From: a virus
Lineage: Duplodnaviria > Caudoviricetes
IMG/VR virus record: IMGVR_UViG_3300034102_004028
Coordinates: 1 to 56,978 of that record
DNA: 56,978 bases
Reading direction: 5' to 3' (one strand)
A model generated the notes under the pieces. The model searched no databases. It saw only the letters and a list, made by a program, of their open reading frames with translations, and had not been told where the DNA came from. Shown one piece after another: positions 1 through 7,656 of this stretch. The stretch's first letter is position 1, and every line of letters begins with the position of its first letter. Made by a program: the position numbers and the translations under genes.

Positions 1-407
1 CTTTGAGAAAAATTTATGATAAAGAAGGAAACTACCTTTGTGAGGACAACTGTGAATCTCTTGGAAAATGGCCAGTATTTTTTGATGAAAATGTCCATCA
101 TATTGACACTTCAAGCTTTGCCGTTAAGCGTGATGTTGCTATTAATATCGGTCATTCTTGGTACGGGCAGTGGGGCGCTGATAGAAAATTTTTCTTCAAC
201 CTTGCAAAATTTTTTCCAAAGTATGACTGCAACCGAGAACACACCTTATGTTACCGCTTAGACGGAAATCCCAATTCCGTGAAGCATGAATTTTTTGACC
301 AAGGAAACTTGGCGATGAGTAAAAAATATGATGGAGCTTTCCCATGGAAAATAAAAGAAGAACGGCTTTGGTCACCGGGGTCTCCGGTTACCTTGGTTCT
401 CACCTAA
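1..407 (+). CDS. 5'-truncated putative glycosyltransferase (GT2-like C-terminal part)
   Basis: Frame is open from the window edge; IDTSSFAVKR...WGADRKFF...TLCYR resembles the C-terminal half of GT-A enzymes; directly upstream of galE. Confidence 0.5.
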   Translation, partial: LRKIYDKEGNYLCEDNCESLGKWPVFFDENVHHIDTSSFAVKRDVAINIGHSWYGQWGADRKFFFNLAKFFPKYDCNREHTLCYRLDGNPNSVKHEFFDQGNLAMSKKYDGAFPWKIKEERLWSPGSPVTLVLT

Positions 408-1294
408 GCAAAAGACTTAAAGAAGAAGGTTTTCGTGTCATAGGTGTTGATAAGCAAACACCTGAACATTCCTTTTTTCATCGTTTTCACCGAACCGATG
501 TTTTAGATTTTAATTCGTTGGAAGAAATTTTTGACAACTACGAAATCGATGTGGTTTTTCACCTTGCGGGAATGATTGAAGTCGGTGAATCCTGGAAGCA
601 TCCAACTCAATTTTGGGAAAACAATGTTGGTGGTACTGTTCGTGTACTGGCAGCAATGAAACGCCACGGATGTGAGAAGATTATTTTTTCATCTACGGCG
701 GGTCTTTACATTGACAGTTCTATTCCTATTGTGGAAAATGAAATAATTGTCAATAACAATCCTTACGCCAATTCTAAACATGCTTGTGAAATGGCCATTG
801 AAGATTCTGGTCTAAATTACGTCATCTTCAGATATTTCAACCTAGCCGGTTCTGGAGGTGATGTTGGTGAGAACCATTATCCAGAAACACACTTGATTCC
901 TAGAATTCTTCAAAATCTAAATAGTTTTGAAATATACGGAGACGATTATGACACACCTGACGGAACATGCATTAGAGATTATGTTCATGTTGAGGATGTC
1001 GCAGATGCACACATTGAAGCAATCAAATATCTAGAAGAAGGTAAAAATTCTGAAATTATCAACTTAGGCGCTGGCGTTGGCTACAGTGTAAAAGAGATTA
1101 TTCAAACTATAGAAAAAGTTACTCTTAAGAAAGTAAACTATACAGTTTTGCCAAGGCGAAAAGGAGACCCTGAATCCTTAGTTGCGGCGATTGAGAAAGC
1201 CAAAAAACTTTTAAATTATTCACCTAAACATGACATTACCTCTATCATCAAAAGCGCCTTTGAATGGGAGAAAAAGCGGAACAGAATTAGATAA
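344..1294 (+). CDS. galE: UDP-glucose 4-epimerase
   Basis: VTGVSGYLGSH Rossmann motif, FSSTA, PYANSK (YxxxK), RYFNLAG, ETHLIP, GDDYDTPDGTCIRDYVHVED, RRKGDP. Confidence 0.93.
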   Translation: MENKRRTALVTGVSGYLGSHLSKRLKEEGFRVIGVDKQTPEHSFFHRFHRTDVLDFNSLEEIFDNYEIDVVFHLAGMIEVGESWKHPTQFWENNVGGTVRVLAAMKRHGCEKIIFSSTAGLYIDSSIPIVENEIIVNNNPYANSKHACEMAIEDSGLNYVIFRYFNLAGSGGDVGENHYPETHLIPRILQNLNSFEIYGDDYDTPDGTCIRDYVHVEDVADAHIEAIKYLEEGKNSEIINLGAGVGYSVKEIIQTIEKVTLKKVNYTVLPRRKGDPESLVAAIEKAKKLLNYSPKHDITSIIKSAFEWEKKRNRIR

Positions 1295-1856
1295 AGATTT
1301 TCCGCTTCCCATTCAAGATATTTACGATAACACATTTCTTAAAAACCATGTTCATTTTCTCAGTGGTGAGATTGAAGAACAGAATGTTTTAAAAGCTATA
1401 CAGTGGATAATTTATGAGAATGCACTCAGCGGTTCTACAGGTGAGCCTAATACTCTACAACTCTATGTCAATTCTACCGGTGGTGATTTGTATCACGCAC
1501 TTGGTCTTATCGACATGATGAGGTTGAGCAAGAACCCGATACAAACAATTGGTGTTGGTGCTGTTATGTCGGCTGCATTTTTAATTTTTTCATCCGGCCA
1601 AAAAGGGCACAGATACATTACTAAAAATTGTAGTATAATGTGTCACCAATACTCAGATACGTATGAGGGAAAACACCACGATTTGAAGTCTTACGCCAAA
1701 TCGGCAGAAATGACAAATAATATGATGCTAAGTATTTTGCAACATGCATCAGGACTCACAAACCGAGAGGTTAAATCTAAATTGTTGACACCAAGCGATG
1801 TTTGGTTGTCGGCTGAAGAACTTGTTAAATTAGGTATCGCAGACCATATACTTTAA
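1230..1856 (+). CDS. clpP: ClpP-family serine protease subunit (start uncertain)
   Basis: LYVNSTGG, G.VMSAAF (catalytic Ser), MCHQ (His), DVWLSAEE..KLGIADHI (Asp). Confidence 0.88.
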   Translation: MTLPLSSKAPLNGRKSGTELDKDFPLPIQDIYDNTFLKNHVHFLSGEIEEQNVLKAIQWIIYENALSGSTGEPNTLQLYVNSTGGDLYHALGLIDMMRLSKNPIQTIGVGAVMSAAFLIFSSGQKGHRYITKNCSIMCHQYSDTYEGKHHDLKSYAKSAEMTNNMMLSILQHASGLTNREVKSKLLTPSDVWLSAEELVKLGIADHIL

Positions 1857-1879
1857 AGGAGGTTTATTTAAAAACAGAT

Positions 1880-2071
1880 ATGATAGGTGCGATTAAAGTA
1901 GAAAAAATAGAAAAGACCAAATTCCGAAAGGCGGATGAAAGTCTTGACTACAATATGAGTGGTAAGAAAAAGAAAAAACACCATGACAAAAGTTTTTATA
2001 GATTAGCGAGGGAAGAGGACGATGACTACAATTTTGATGGATACGATAAAAAAGCAAATAAAAGATATTGA
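1880..2071 (+). CDS. hypothetical charged small protein
   Basis: 63-aa ORF with an AAGGAGG-like RBS upstream. Confidence 0.55.
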   Translation: MIGAIKVEKIEKTKFRKADESLDYNMSGKKKKKHHDKSFYRLAREEDDDYNFDGYDKKANKRY

Positions 2072-2195
2072 GTTAAAAATTGAAACTCAACAAGGTGATG
2101 TTGAGCAATTGAAAAAAATGCTTGAACGACTGAAGTATCAACAATTCGAAGAAGATATCCGAGAATCGGATTCCAGGCAATTGTTGAAGGGTTGA
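2022..2195 (+). CDS. hypothetical 57-aa coiled-coil protein (not in ORF track)
   Basis: Manual translation MTTILMDTIKKQIKDIELKIETQQGDVEQLKKMLERLKYQQFEEDIRESDSRQLLKG; GAGGA RBS upstream. Confidence 0.6.
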   Translation: MTTILMDTIKKQIKDIELKIETQQGDVEQLKKMLERLKYQQFEEDIRESDSRQLLKG

Positions 2196-2215
2196 CTCCG
2201 TAGCAACACTTCAGG

Positions 2216-2244
2216 TTGACAGGCAAGAGTTCTTGTCATATAAT
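2216..2244 (+). promoter_or_regulatory. sigma70-type early promoter
   Basis: Exact TTGACA-17 nt-TATAAT. Confidence 0.85.
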
Positions 2245-2268
2245 GAATGTATTCTTGAAAGGAACAGT

Positions 2269-2496
2269 GTGATTACATTAGAAAACTTGACACCCGAACA
2301 AGTTGAAATGCTCAACATTCTTTGGTCTATGACCGAATTGTCTGAGGTTGAAGAATGGCAGGAAACTCTTACTGAAGAAGAAAGAGAAATGAGTGAGGCT
2401 CTTATTCGACTTGTGATTTTGGAATCTATGGATAAAATTATTACAAGTGATTTGAGTGATGCACAGGAAGTTTTGAAAAAGTTTACTAAGGGTTGA
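2269..2496 (+). CDS. hypothetical acidic helical protein (likely GTG start)
   Basis: AAAGGAA RBS then GTG at 2269; in frame with ORF 2233..2496. Confidence 0.65.
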   Translation: MITLENLTPEQVEMLNILWSMTELSEVEEWQETLTEEEREMSEALIRLVILESMDKIITSDLSDAQEVLKKFTKG

Positions 2497-2696
2497 TTAT
2501 GGATAAGTTTGATTTCATGGTGGATTTTCTGATTAATGATAAACAGAGGTCTTACGATAACATTTTGCTTGAAGATGAGGAACTTGAAAATGCTTCCTCG
2601 GCATTTGTCGAAAGTATTTTGCTGAATGCTTATAACGTCACTGACCGGCGACTTTATAAAACTACTCTGAAAAAAGTTACGGAGTTGGTAGAATGA
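2493..2696 (+). CDS. hypothetical protein
   Basis: 67-aa ORF coupled to its neighbours. Confidence 0.55.
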   Translation: MIMDKFDFMVDFLINDKQRSYDNILLEDEELENASSAFVESILLNAYNVTDRRLYKTTLKKVTELVE

Positions 2697-2830
2697 GTCA
2701 CGAAATCGAGTTTCACTTTTATCTTGATGCATGGTTGTGGTGCCGGCAAAATGGTTTTGATTTTAAACGTGAATACATGGTGAAAAAAGATTTTAGAACC
2801 TGGACGCTTGCCATACCTGAAGATGTGTGA
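2693..2830 (+). CDS. hypothetical 45-aa protein (not in ORF track)
   Basis: ATGA overlap with the upstream stop; MSHEIEFHFYLDAWLWCRQNGFDFKREYMVKKDFRTWTLAIPEDV. Confidence 0.55.
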   Translation: MSHEIEFHFYLDAWLWCRQNGFDFKREYMVKKDFRTWTLAIPEDV

Positions 2831-2836
2831 TACAAT
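2808..2836 (+). promoter_or_regulatory. sigma70-type early promoter
   Basis: TTGCCA-17-TACAAT with extended -10 TG. Confidence 0.65.
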
Positions 2837-2859
2837 TCTTCCGTTTGTGAGGAATTATT

Positions 2860-3213
2860 ATGATGATTTATGTGAAATCTTCTTCAAAAAAGAAGAACAT
2901 TACAAAAAAGAAAAAAGCCGAATATGATGCATGGTTAGATTCGGTAAAAACCATGCCAGGAATCCAAGGACGCAAATTTACTGGTGCAAAGTTAGTAAGC
3001 ACTAACACACTTCCAAAATTGTCTGCTCCTCCTGGTCGAGAGACAACTTACTACAAAAGTGTTACAACCCCAGGTGGTGACTGCACAAAGCCAAACCTTC
3101 CTAAAGTTTATACCGGTACAGCCATGAAGGGTATTGGTACGTTGCACAAATCCAACGCTGTCCCAGTGTTCACGGATGAAGATATGCTGGCGCAGGCTTC
3201 GATGAGGAGGTAG
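2860..3213 (+). CDS. basic phage hypothetical protein
   Basis: GAGGA RBS; C-terminal YTGTAMKGIGTLHKSNAVPVF looks like a motif seen in T4-like phage hypotheticals. Confidence 0.75.
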   Translation: MMIYVKSSSKKKNITKKKKAEYDAWLDSVKTMPGIQGRKFTGAKLVSTNTLPKLSAPPGRETTYYKSVTTPGGDCTKPNLPKVYTGTAMKGIGTLHKSNAVPVFTDEDMLAQASMRR

Positions 3214-3214
3214 G

Positions 3215-3337
3215 ATGATTATCGGACTATCAAACCTCTGGCTTGTCGCCTTAGGAGCGTTCCTAGGCGCTCTATTTGGTAGAACTTTAACATTCGGTTT
3301 TATGGCTGTTGCTTTTTTGATACAATTACTACTTTAG
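3215..3337 (+). CDS. 40-aa hydrophobic membrane peptide (not in ORF track)
   Basis: Strong GAGGAGG RBS at 3204-3210; MIIGLSNLWLVALGAFLGALFGRTLTFGFMAVAFLIQLLL. Confidence 0.65.
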   Translation: MIIGLSNLWLVALGAFLGALFGRTLTFGFMAVAFLIQLLL

Positions 3338-3374
3338 TATTACTGTTGTTTTTTTACAAATCTGCAAAAAATGG

Positions 3375-3402
3375 TTGCCATTCCTGCCGGAACCTGTAGA
3401 AT
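3375..3402 (+). promoter_or_regulatory. sigma70-type early promoter
   Basis: TTGCCA-16-TAGAAT with an A/T-rich UP-like region. Confidence 0.55.
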
Positions 3403-3431
3403 AGACTTTGTTGAGTTGATAAGGCAATCGA

Positions 3432-4181
3432 ATGAAACTTCTTTCTACTGGTAATCCTAAGGTCTTGAAAGGTCTTAAACAAGGCTTCAATACCTACATT
3501 TTGCACCTTGCACCCGCTAACGTTTCTGGTTATGAAACTTGTCCTAAGCGGACCGCTGGTTGTACCGCGGCATGTTTGAACACCGCAGGTCGCGGCGGTA
3601 TGTTCAAAAAAGGTGAATCGACCAATGTCATTCAAGAGGCACGTAAACGCAAAACAAAAATGTTTTTCGAGAACCGTACCGAGTTTATGGCACTTCTGGT
3701 TAAAGATATTGAATTGGCAATCAAGCAAAGCAAAAAATTGGATTTGGTTCCCGTTTTTCGCTTGAATGGCACTTCGGACTTATCGTTCGAAAAATATGAA
3801 GTTGTCCGTAACGGTCAACTATTCCGCAATATCTTTGCTGCCTTCCCTGATGTTCAATTTTACGACTACACAAAAATCCTTGGTCGTAAAGTGAAAGATA
3901 TTCCTAACTATCAATTGACCTTTTCGGCTGCCGATGGCAATGATACGGATGTCCTCCGTGCTATTGCTGAAGGTCTGAATGTCGCTACCGTTTTCGGTCT
4001 GAAAAAGACCGAGGCAATGCCTGAAACCTACAATGGTCGCCCCGTGTTTAACGGTGATGAATCTGATTTGCGATTCCTTGACCCCAAAGGTGTTATTGTT
4101 GGTTTGTATGCCAAAGGTAAGGCTAAAAAAGATACTAGCGGCTTCGTTAAGTATCCTACTATTATGTTGAAGGCCGCATAA
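3432..4181 (+). CDS. GP88-like phage protein with Cys cluster
   Basis: CPKRTAGCTAACLNTAGRG, RLNGTSD, QFYDYTK, GDESDLRFLD motifs resemble GP88-like phage proteins. Confidence 0.65.
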   Translation: MKLLSTGNPKVLKGLKQGFNTYILHLAPANVSGYETCPKRTAGCTAACLNTAGRGGMFKKGESTNVIQEARKRKTKMFFENRTEFMALLVKDIELAIKQSKKLDLVPVFRLNGTSDLSFEKYEVVRNGQLFRNIFAAFPDVQFYDYTKILGRKVKDIPNYQLTFSAADGNDTDVLRAIAEGLNVATVFGLKKTEAMPETYNGRPVFNGDESDLRFLDPKGVIVGLYAKGKAKKDTSGFVKYPTIMLKAA

Positions 4182-4196
4182 TTGCCTAAAGACTGG

Positions 4197-4225
4197 TTGC
4201 CGAAAGGTAATCGGTCTGCTATACT
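4197..4225 (+). promoter_or_regulatory. sigma70-type early promoter
   Basis: TTGCCG-17-TATACT with extended -10 TG. Confidence 0.55.
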
Positions 4226-4256
4226 TCGTTCATGTTCATTCTATTAGGAGTTTGTT

Positions 4257-4607
4257 ATGTCTAAAACTACCAAGGCTGTAAAGCTAAAACCTTTCGAAAA
4301 AGTCCTCAATGTTCTTATTTCTGGTCAAGTCACCAGTAAAGAACAACTAGATGCACTTCTAGGAAAAGAAATTATGATGTACCGCATTTCCACTTATATG
4401 TGGCACATCAAAACAATTGCGAACGGTATTATCCGTGTCGCTAAAGATGGTCGTAAAGTTACTGGTTATCAACTTGTCAATGTCAATGAGGTTAAAAAAT
4501 ACCTTGAAGATAATGGCCTTCTATTGTCCAAGGTTGAAAAGCTTTCGGATATTTCTGAGCCGGTTGAACAGGTCGAAGTCGCCAAGGCTGATGCTGAAAC
4601 TGTCTGA
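4257..4607 (+). CDS. hypothetical protein (possible winged-helix-like)
   Basis: AGGAG RBS; 116 aa. Confidence 0.75.
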   Translation: MSKTTKAVKLKPFEKVLNVLISGQVTSKEQLDALLGKEIMMYRISTYMWHIKTIANGIIRVAKDGRKVTGYQLVNVNEVKKYLEDNGLLLSKVEKLSDISEPVEQVEVAKADAETV

Positions 4608-4626
4608 CAACTTAAACACTACAGAG

Positions 4627-4653
4627 GTCCGAGCTTTGCCTCGGACTTTTTTT
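4627..4653 (+). terminator. intrinsic terminator
   Basis: GTCCGAG-ctttgc-CTCGGAC stem followed by a T7 run. Confidence 0.8.
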
Positions 4654-4665
4654 ATGGAGAATTGA

Positions 4666-4821
4666 ATGTGGAGATTGTGGGCTAAAGCACTAGGTGAGAA
4701 AGCATCCGAGGATGATAAAGAAGCCGATAAAATCGCTTGCATTCGCACTGCGATTGTGTTATGCTACATCATTACAAACATTTTTATTGTTGCTGGCGTT
4801 ATTCGCCATTGGAATGACTGA
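4666..4821 (+). CDS. 51-aa small membrane protein (not in ORF track)
   Basis: GGAG RBS; MWRLWAKALGEKASEDDKEADKIACIRTAIVLCYIITNIFIVAGVIRHWND, one TM helix; TGATG-coupled to the next gene. Confidence 0.75.
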   Translation: MWRLWAKALGEKASEDDKEADKIACIRTAIVLCYIITNIFIVAGVIRHWND

Positions 4822-5360
4822 TGAATATTTTCTACCTTGACCCTGACCCAAAAGTTTGTGCGGAGATGCACAACAACAAGCATACCGTAAAAATGATTAT
4901 TGAGTATGCACAACTCATGTCCACGGCTCATCGTTTGCTTGATGGTGAAGAATACACCGACATGACGGCTAATGGTCGCCGTATCAAACGCTGGCGCCTA
5001 GGTGATGAGCGTGAACAACAACTAATGAAGGCTTCACATATCAATCACCCCTCTGCTGTTTGGTGCCGTGCTAACCATGAAAATTATGATTGGCTTTATA
5101 TGATGTGGAAATGCCTATTGAAAGAGTACACCTATCGTTACGGTAAAGTACATGCATGTGCAAGACTTGTTGGTGTACTTTTTAATTCACCAAAAAATAT
5201 TCAGCGAGGTAATTTTTTTCCTCCCACGCCTGCGATGCCTGATGATGTAAAAATTCCTGGTGATTCTCTTGCCTCTTATCGTAATTATTACAATAAGAAT
5301 AAGACGCATCTAGCCGATTGGAAAAAACGGCCGGCACCGAGTTGGTATTCGGCTATATAA
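4821..5360 (+). CDS. pyrimidine-dimer DNA glycosylase/endonuclease V-like protein
   Basis: MNIFYLD...HTVKMIIEYAQLMSTAH...HINHPSAVW...EYTYRYGKVH...PAMPD...SYRNYY. Confidence 0.72.
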   Translation: MNIFYLDPDPKVCAEMHNNKHTVKMIIEYAQLMSTAHRLLDGEEYTDMTANGRRIKRWRLGDEREQQLMKASHINHPSAVWCRANHENYDWLYMMWKCLLKEYTYRYGKVHACARLVGVLFNSPKNIQRGNFFPPTPAMPDDVKIPGDSLASYRNYYNKNKTHLADWKKRPAPSWYSAI

Positions 5361-5370
5361 GGTTATCAAT

Positions 5371-5688
5371 ATGCCAACTTATAGTTTTTTTAATTCTGAG
5401 ACAGGTGAGGAGTTCGAATCGTTCATGAAAATTTCTGAGCGTGATGAATATCTGAAATCCAATCCACACATTCAACCTGTGGTGACTGCGCCAGCAATCG
5501 TATCTGGCGTGTCTACCTCTATGCAGAACCGTGTGCCAGATGGCTTTAAAGAGGTTCTCTCTAAAGTGTCTGAAGCACATCCGGGAAGTGCCCTAGCACA
5601 AAAACATTCTAGGAAATCCATCAAACAAGCCAGGACCGAACAGGTTGTGAAGAAGCACGTAGAGAGGAAAACTGGCGTAAAAATTTAA
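5371..5688 (+). CDS. FmdB-like regulatory protein (Cys-less zinc-ribbon variant)
   Basis: MPTYSF.N.ETGEEFE start; usual position upstream of phoH in T4-like phages. Confidence 0.6.
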   Translation: MPTYSFFNSETGEEFESFMKISERDEYLKSNPHIQPVVTAPAIVSGVSTSMQNRVPDGFKEVLSKVSEAHPGSALAQKHSRKSIKQARTEQVVKKHVERKTGVKI

Positions 5689-5697
5689 AGGGTCTCA

Positions 5698-6438
5698 ATG
5701 GCTAGAAAAGCAAACACCAGAATACATCTTGAGGATGAGCAACCAAAGATTACGAATGCACTTAAGGTTCGTATAGATGATTTAAAAACATTTGAGCCAC
5801 TGACAGAAAATCAAAAGATATTTTTTGATGCATATAAAAGAGGAGATTATTTTGTAGCATTGCATGGTGTTGCAGGTACAGGTAAAACTTTTTGTGCCCT
5901 ATACAAAGCACTAGAAGAAGTTTTGGATAAGAGTAATCCATTTAGAAAAATTATTCTTGTTCGTTCGGCCGTTCAATCTAGAGAGATTGGTCATTTGCCT
6001 GGTGATGTTACAGAAAAGATGGAAATCTATCAACAACCTTACAGACAAATTTGTGAGACATTGTTTGGTAGAAAAGATGCATATCAGAGACTTGAAGAAC
6101 AAGGTTTCATTGAATTCATTTCAACTTCATTCATTCGTGGTATGAGTTTTGATGATGCAATCATTATTGTTGATGAAATGCAAAACTTAACATTCGAAGA
6201 AATTGATACTGTTATGACCCGTGTTGGTTATCGCTCAAAGATTATTTGGTGTGGTGATTATAGACAAACAGACTTGAACAAAAAGAAAAATGATATGAGT
6301 GGCATTCTTAAATTTTTTGACATTGCATATCACATGGGAGCCTTCACAAGGATTGAGTTTACACCGGAAGATATCGTTCGAAGTTCTTTAGTGAAAGACT
6401 ATATCTTAGCTAAAATGGTTTATGAGGATAATAATTGA
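5698..6438 (+). CDS. phoH: PhoH-family ATPase
   Basis: GVAGTGKT, LVRSAV..REIGHLPGD..EK, FIRGMSFD..IIVDEMQN, GDYRQTD, DIVRS. Confidence 0.93.
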   Translation: MARKANTRIHLEDEQPKITNALKVRIDDLKTFEPLTENQKIFFDAYKRGDYFVALHGVAGTGKTFCALYKALEEVLDKSNPFRKIILVRSAVQSREIGHLPGDVTEKMEIYQQPYRQICETLFGRKDAYQRLEEQGFIEFISTSFIRGMSFDDAIIIVDEMQNLTFEEIDTVMTRVGYRSKIIWCGDYRQTDLNKKKNDMSGILKFFDIAYHMGAFTRIEFTPEDIVRSSLVKDYILAKMVYEDNN

Positions 6439-7013
6439 TTGACAGTGCAAAATTTCTGGAAGAAAACGGCTATCTTTTTCTTCCAGACTTTATAGATAAA
6501 GATAGCTGTAGACTTATGGCTGAATCGATGATTGAAGCTGTAGAGTCTGGTCGAGGTGAAAAGGACCCTCAGTGCCCAATGTCCTATTCTTTCATTGATG
6601 TTTTTGATAGCGCACATGATGAAATTTTACCGCATCTTAAAAAAGTGAGTGGTAAAAATTTACTGAAAACTTTTAATTATTGTAGACTGTATCAACCGGG
6701 TGAAACTTTAGAAAGACATACGGACAGAGACTCATGTGAATATTCAATAACATTAACTCTCGGTTTTGAAGGTAAACCTTGGCCATTTTTTATTGAGGAC
6801 AAAAAAGGATTCGAAAAAGAAATTTTAGCTTCGGTTGGTGATGTGATTTTTTATAAAGGAATTGAAAGACCTCATTGGAGAAATTCATACAAAGAAGGGA
6901 AGTGGCAAGCACAAGTATTTTTTCATTACGTCGATGCCGAAGGTGAATATAAAAACCAACCTATAATTGAAATGTTTAGAAAAGAAAAAAATGTTTTTGT
7001 TGAAAAAACCTGA
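6435..7013 (+). CDS. 2OG-Fe(II) oxygenase
   Basis: RLY..GETLERHTDRDSCEYS (HxD), HWR (distal His), QVFFHYV. Confidence 0.8.
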   Translation: MIDSAKFLEENGYLFLPDFIDKDSCRLMAESMIEAVESGRGEKDPQCPMSYSFIDVFDSAHDEILPHLKKVSGKNLLKTFNYCRLYQPGETLERHTDRDSCEYSITLTLGFEGKPWPFFIEDKKGFEKEILASVGDVIFYKGIERPHWRNSYKEGKWQAQVFFHYVDAEGEYKNQPIIEMFRKEKNVFVEKT

Positions 7014-7656
7014 AGCACTAAATTTTGATTTGAATGCTGAAAATTCTCCTTCAGGTAGACTTTATAAAACACCTTCAGGAGAAAAATATCCTTCCGTTAC
7101 AACTATACTTTCTTCATACGGAAAGAAACAACTGTTTGAGTGGCGCGAACGTGTTGGTGCTGAGGAAGCAAATCGTATAGCAGCCAAAGCATCACGCCGA
7201 GGCACGGCTTTACATACCGTTTGTGAAAAGTACCTACTCAATGAATTGACAGGTATGAAACTTGCTAGTATGATTCCTTCAACAAAGGAACTTTTCTTTA
7301 AAATGAAAAGCTTGTTGGATGAAAACATAACAACGGTTTATTGCCTTGAACAAGCATTGTATTCTGATAGAATGCGTATCGCTGGCCGTGTTGACTGTAT
7401 CGCCGAATGGAATGGCAAAATTTCAGTTGTTGATTTCAAGTCATCTACCAATCAGAAAGAAAAAGAAAAAATTGGAAACTATTTCATGCAATGCACCGCA
7501 TATGCATTGATGTATGAAGAAATTGTAGGTGTACCCATTGAACAGATTGTTGTTTTGATTGGTACTGAAAATGGACCAGGTCAAGTTTTTATCGAAAAGA
7601 AAGATGATTACATTGAAGAACTGGAAAAATACGTGAGGAAACACCATGACAAATGA
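6991..7656 (+). CDS. PD-(D/E)XK Cas4-like exonuclease
   Basis: YPSVTTIL, RGTALH..CE.YL, AGRVDCIAE...VVDFKS, YFMQCTAYA; usual neighbour of phoH. Confidence 0.85.
   Translation: MFLLKKPEALNFDLNAENSPSGRLYKTPSGEKYPSVTTILSSYGKKQLFEWRERVGAEEANRIAAKASRRGTALHTVCEKYLLNELTGMKLASMIPSTKELFFKMKSLLDENITTVYCLEQALYSDRMRIAGRVDCIAEWNGKISVVDFKSSTNQKEKEKIGNYFMQCTAYALMYEEIVGVPIEQIVVLIGTENGPGQVFIEKKDDYIEELEKYVRKHHDK

Noticed and set aside
2211-2732. 173-aa minus-strand ORF
   Set aside because: Overlaps plus-strand genes that have a promoter and RBS support; no recognisable motif
6991-7656. Cas4-like nuclease as evidence of CRISPR-Cas
   Set aside because: Common stand-alone T4-like exonuclease; no repeat-spacer array or other cas genes seen
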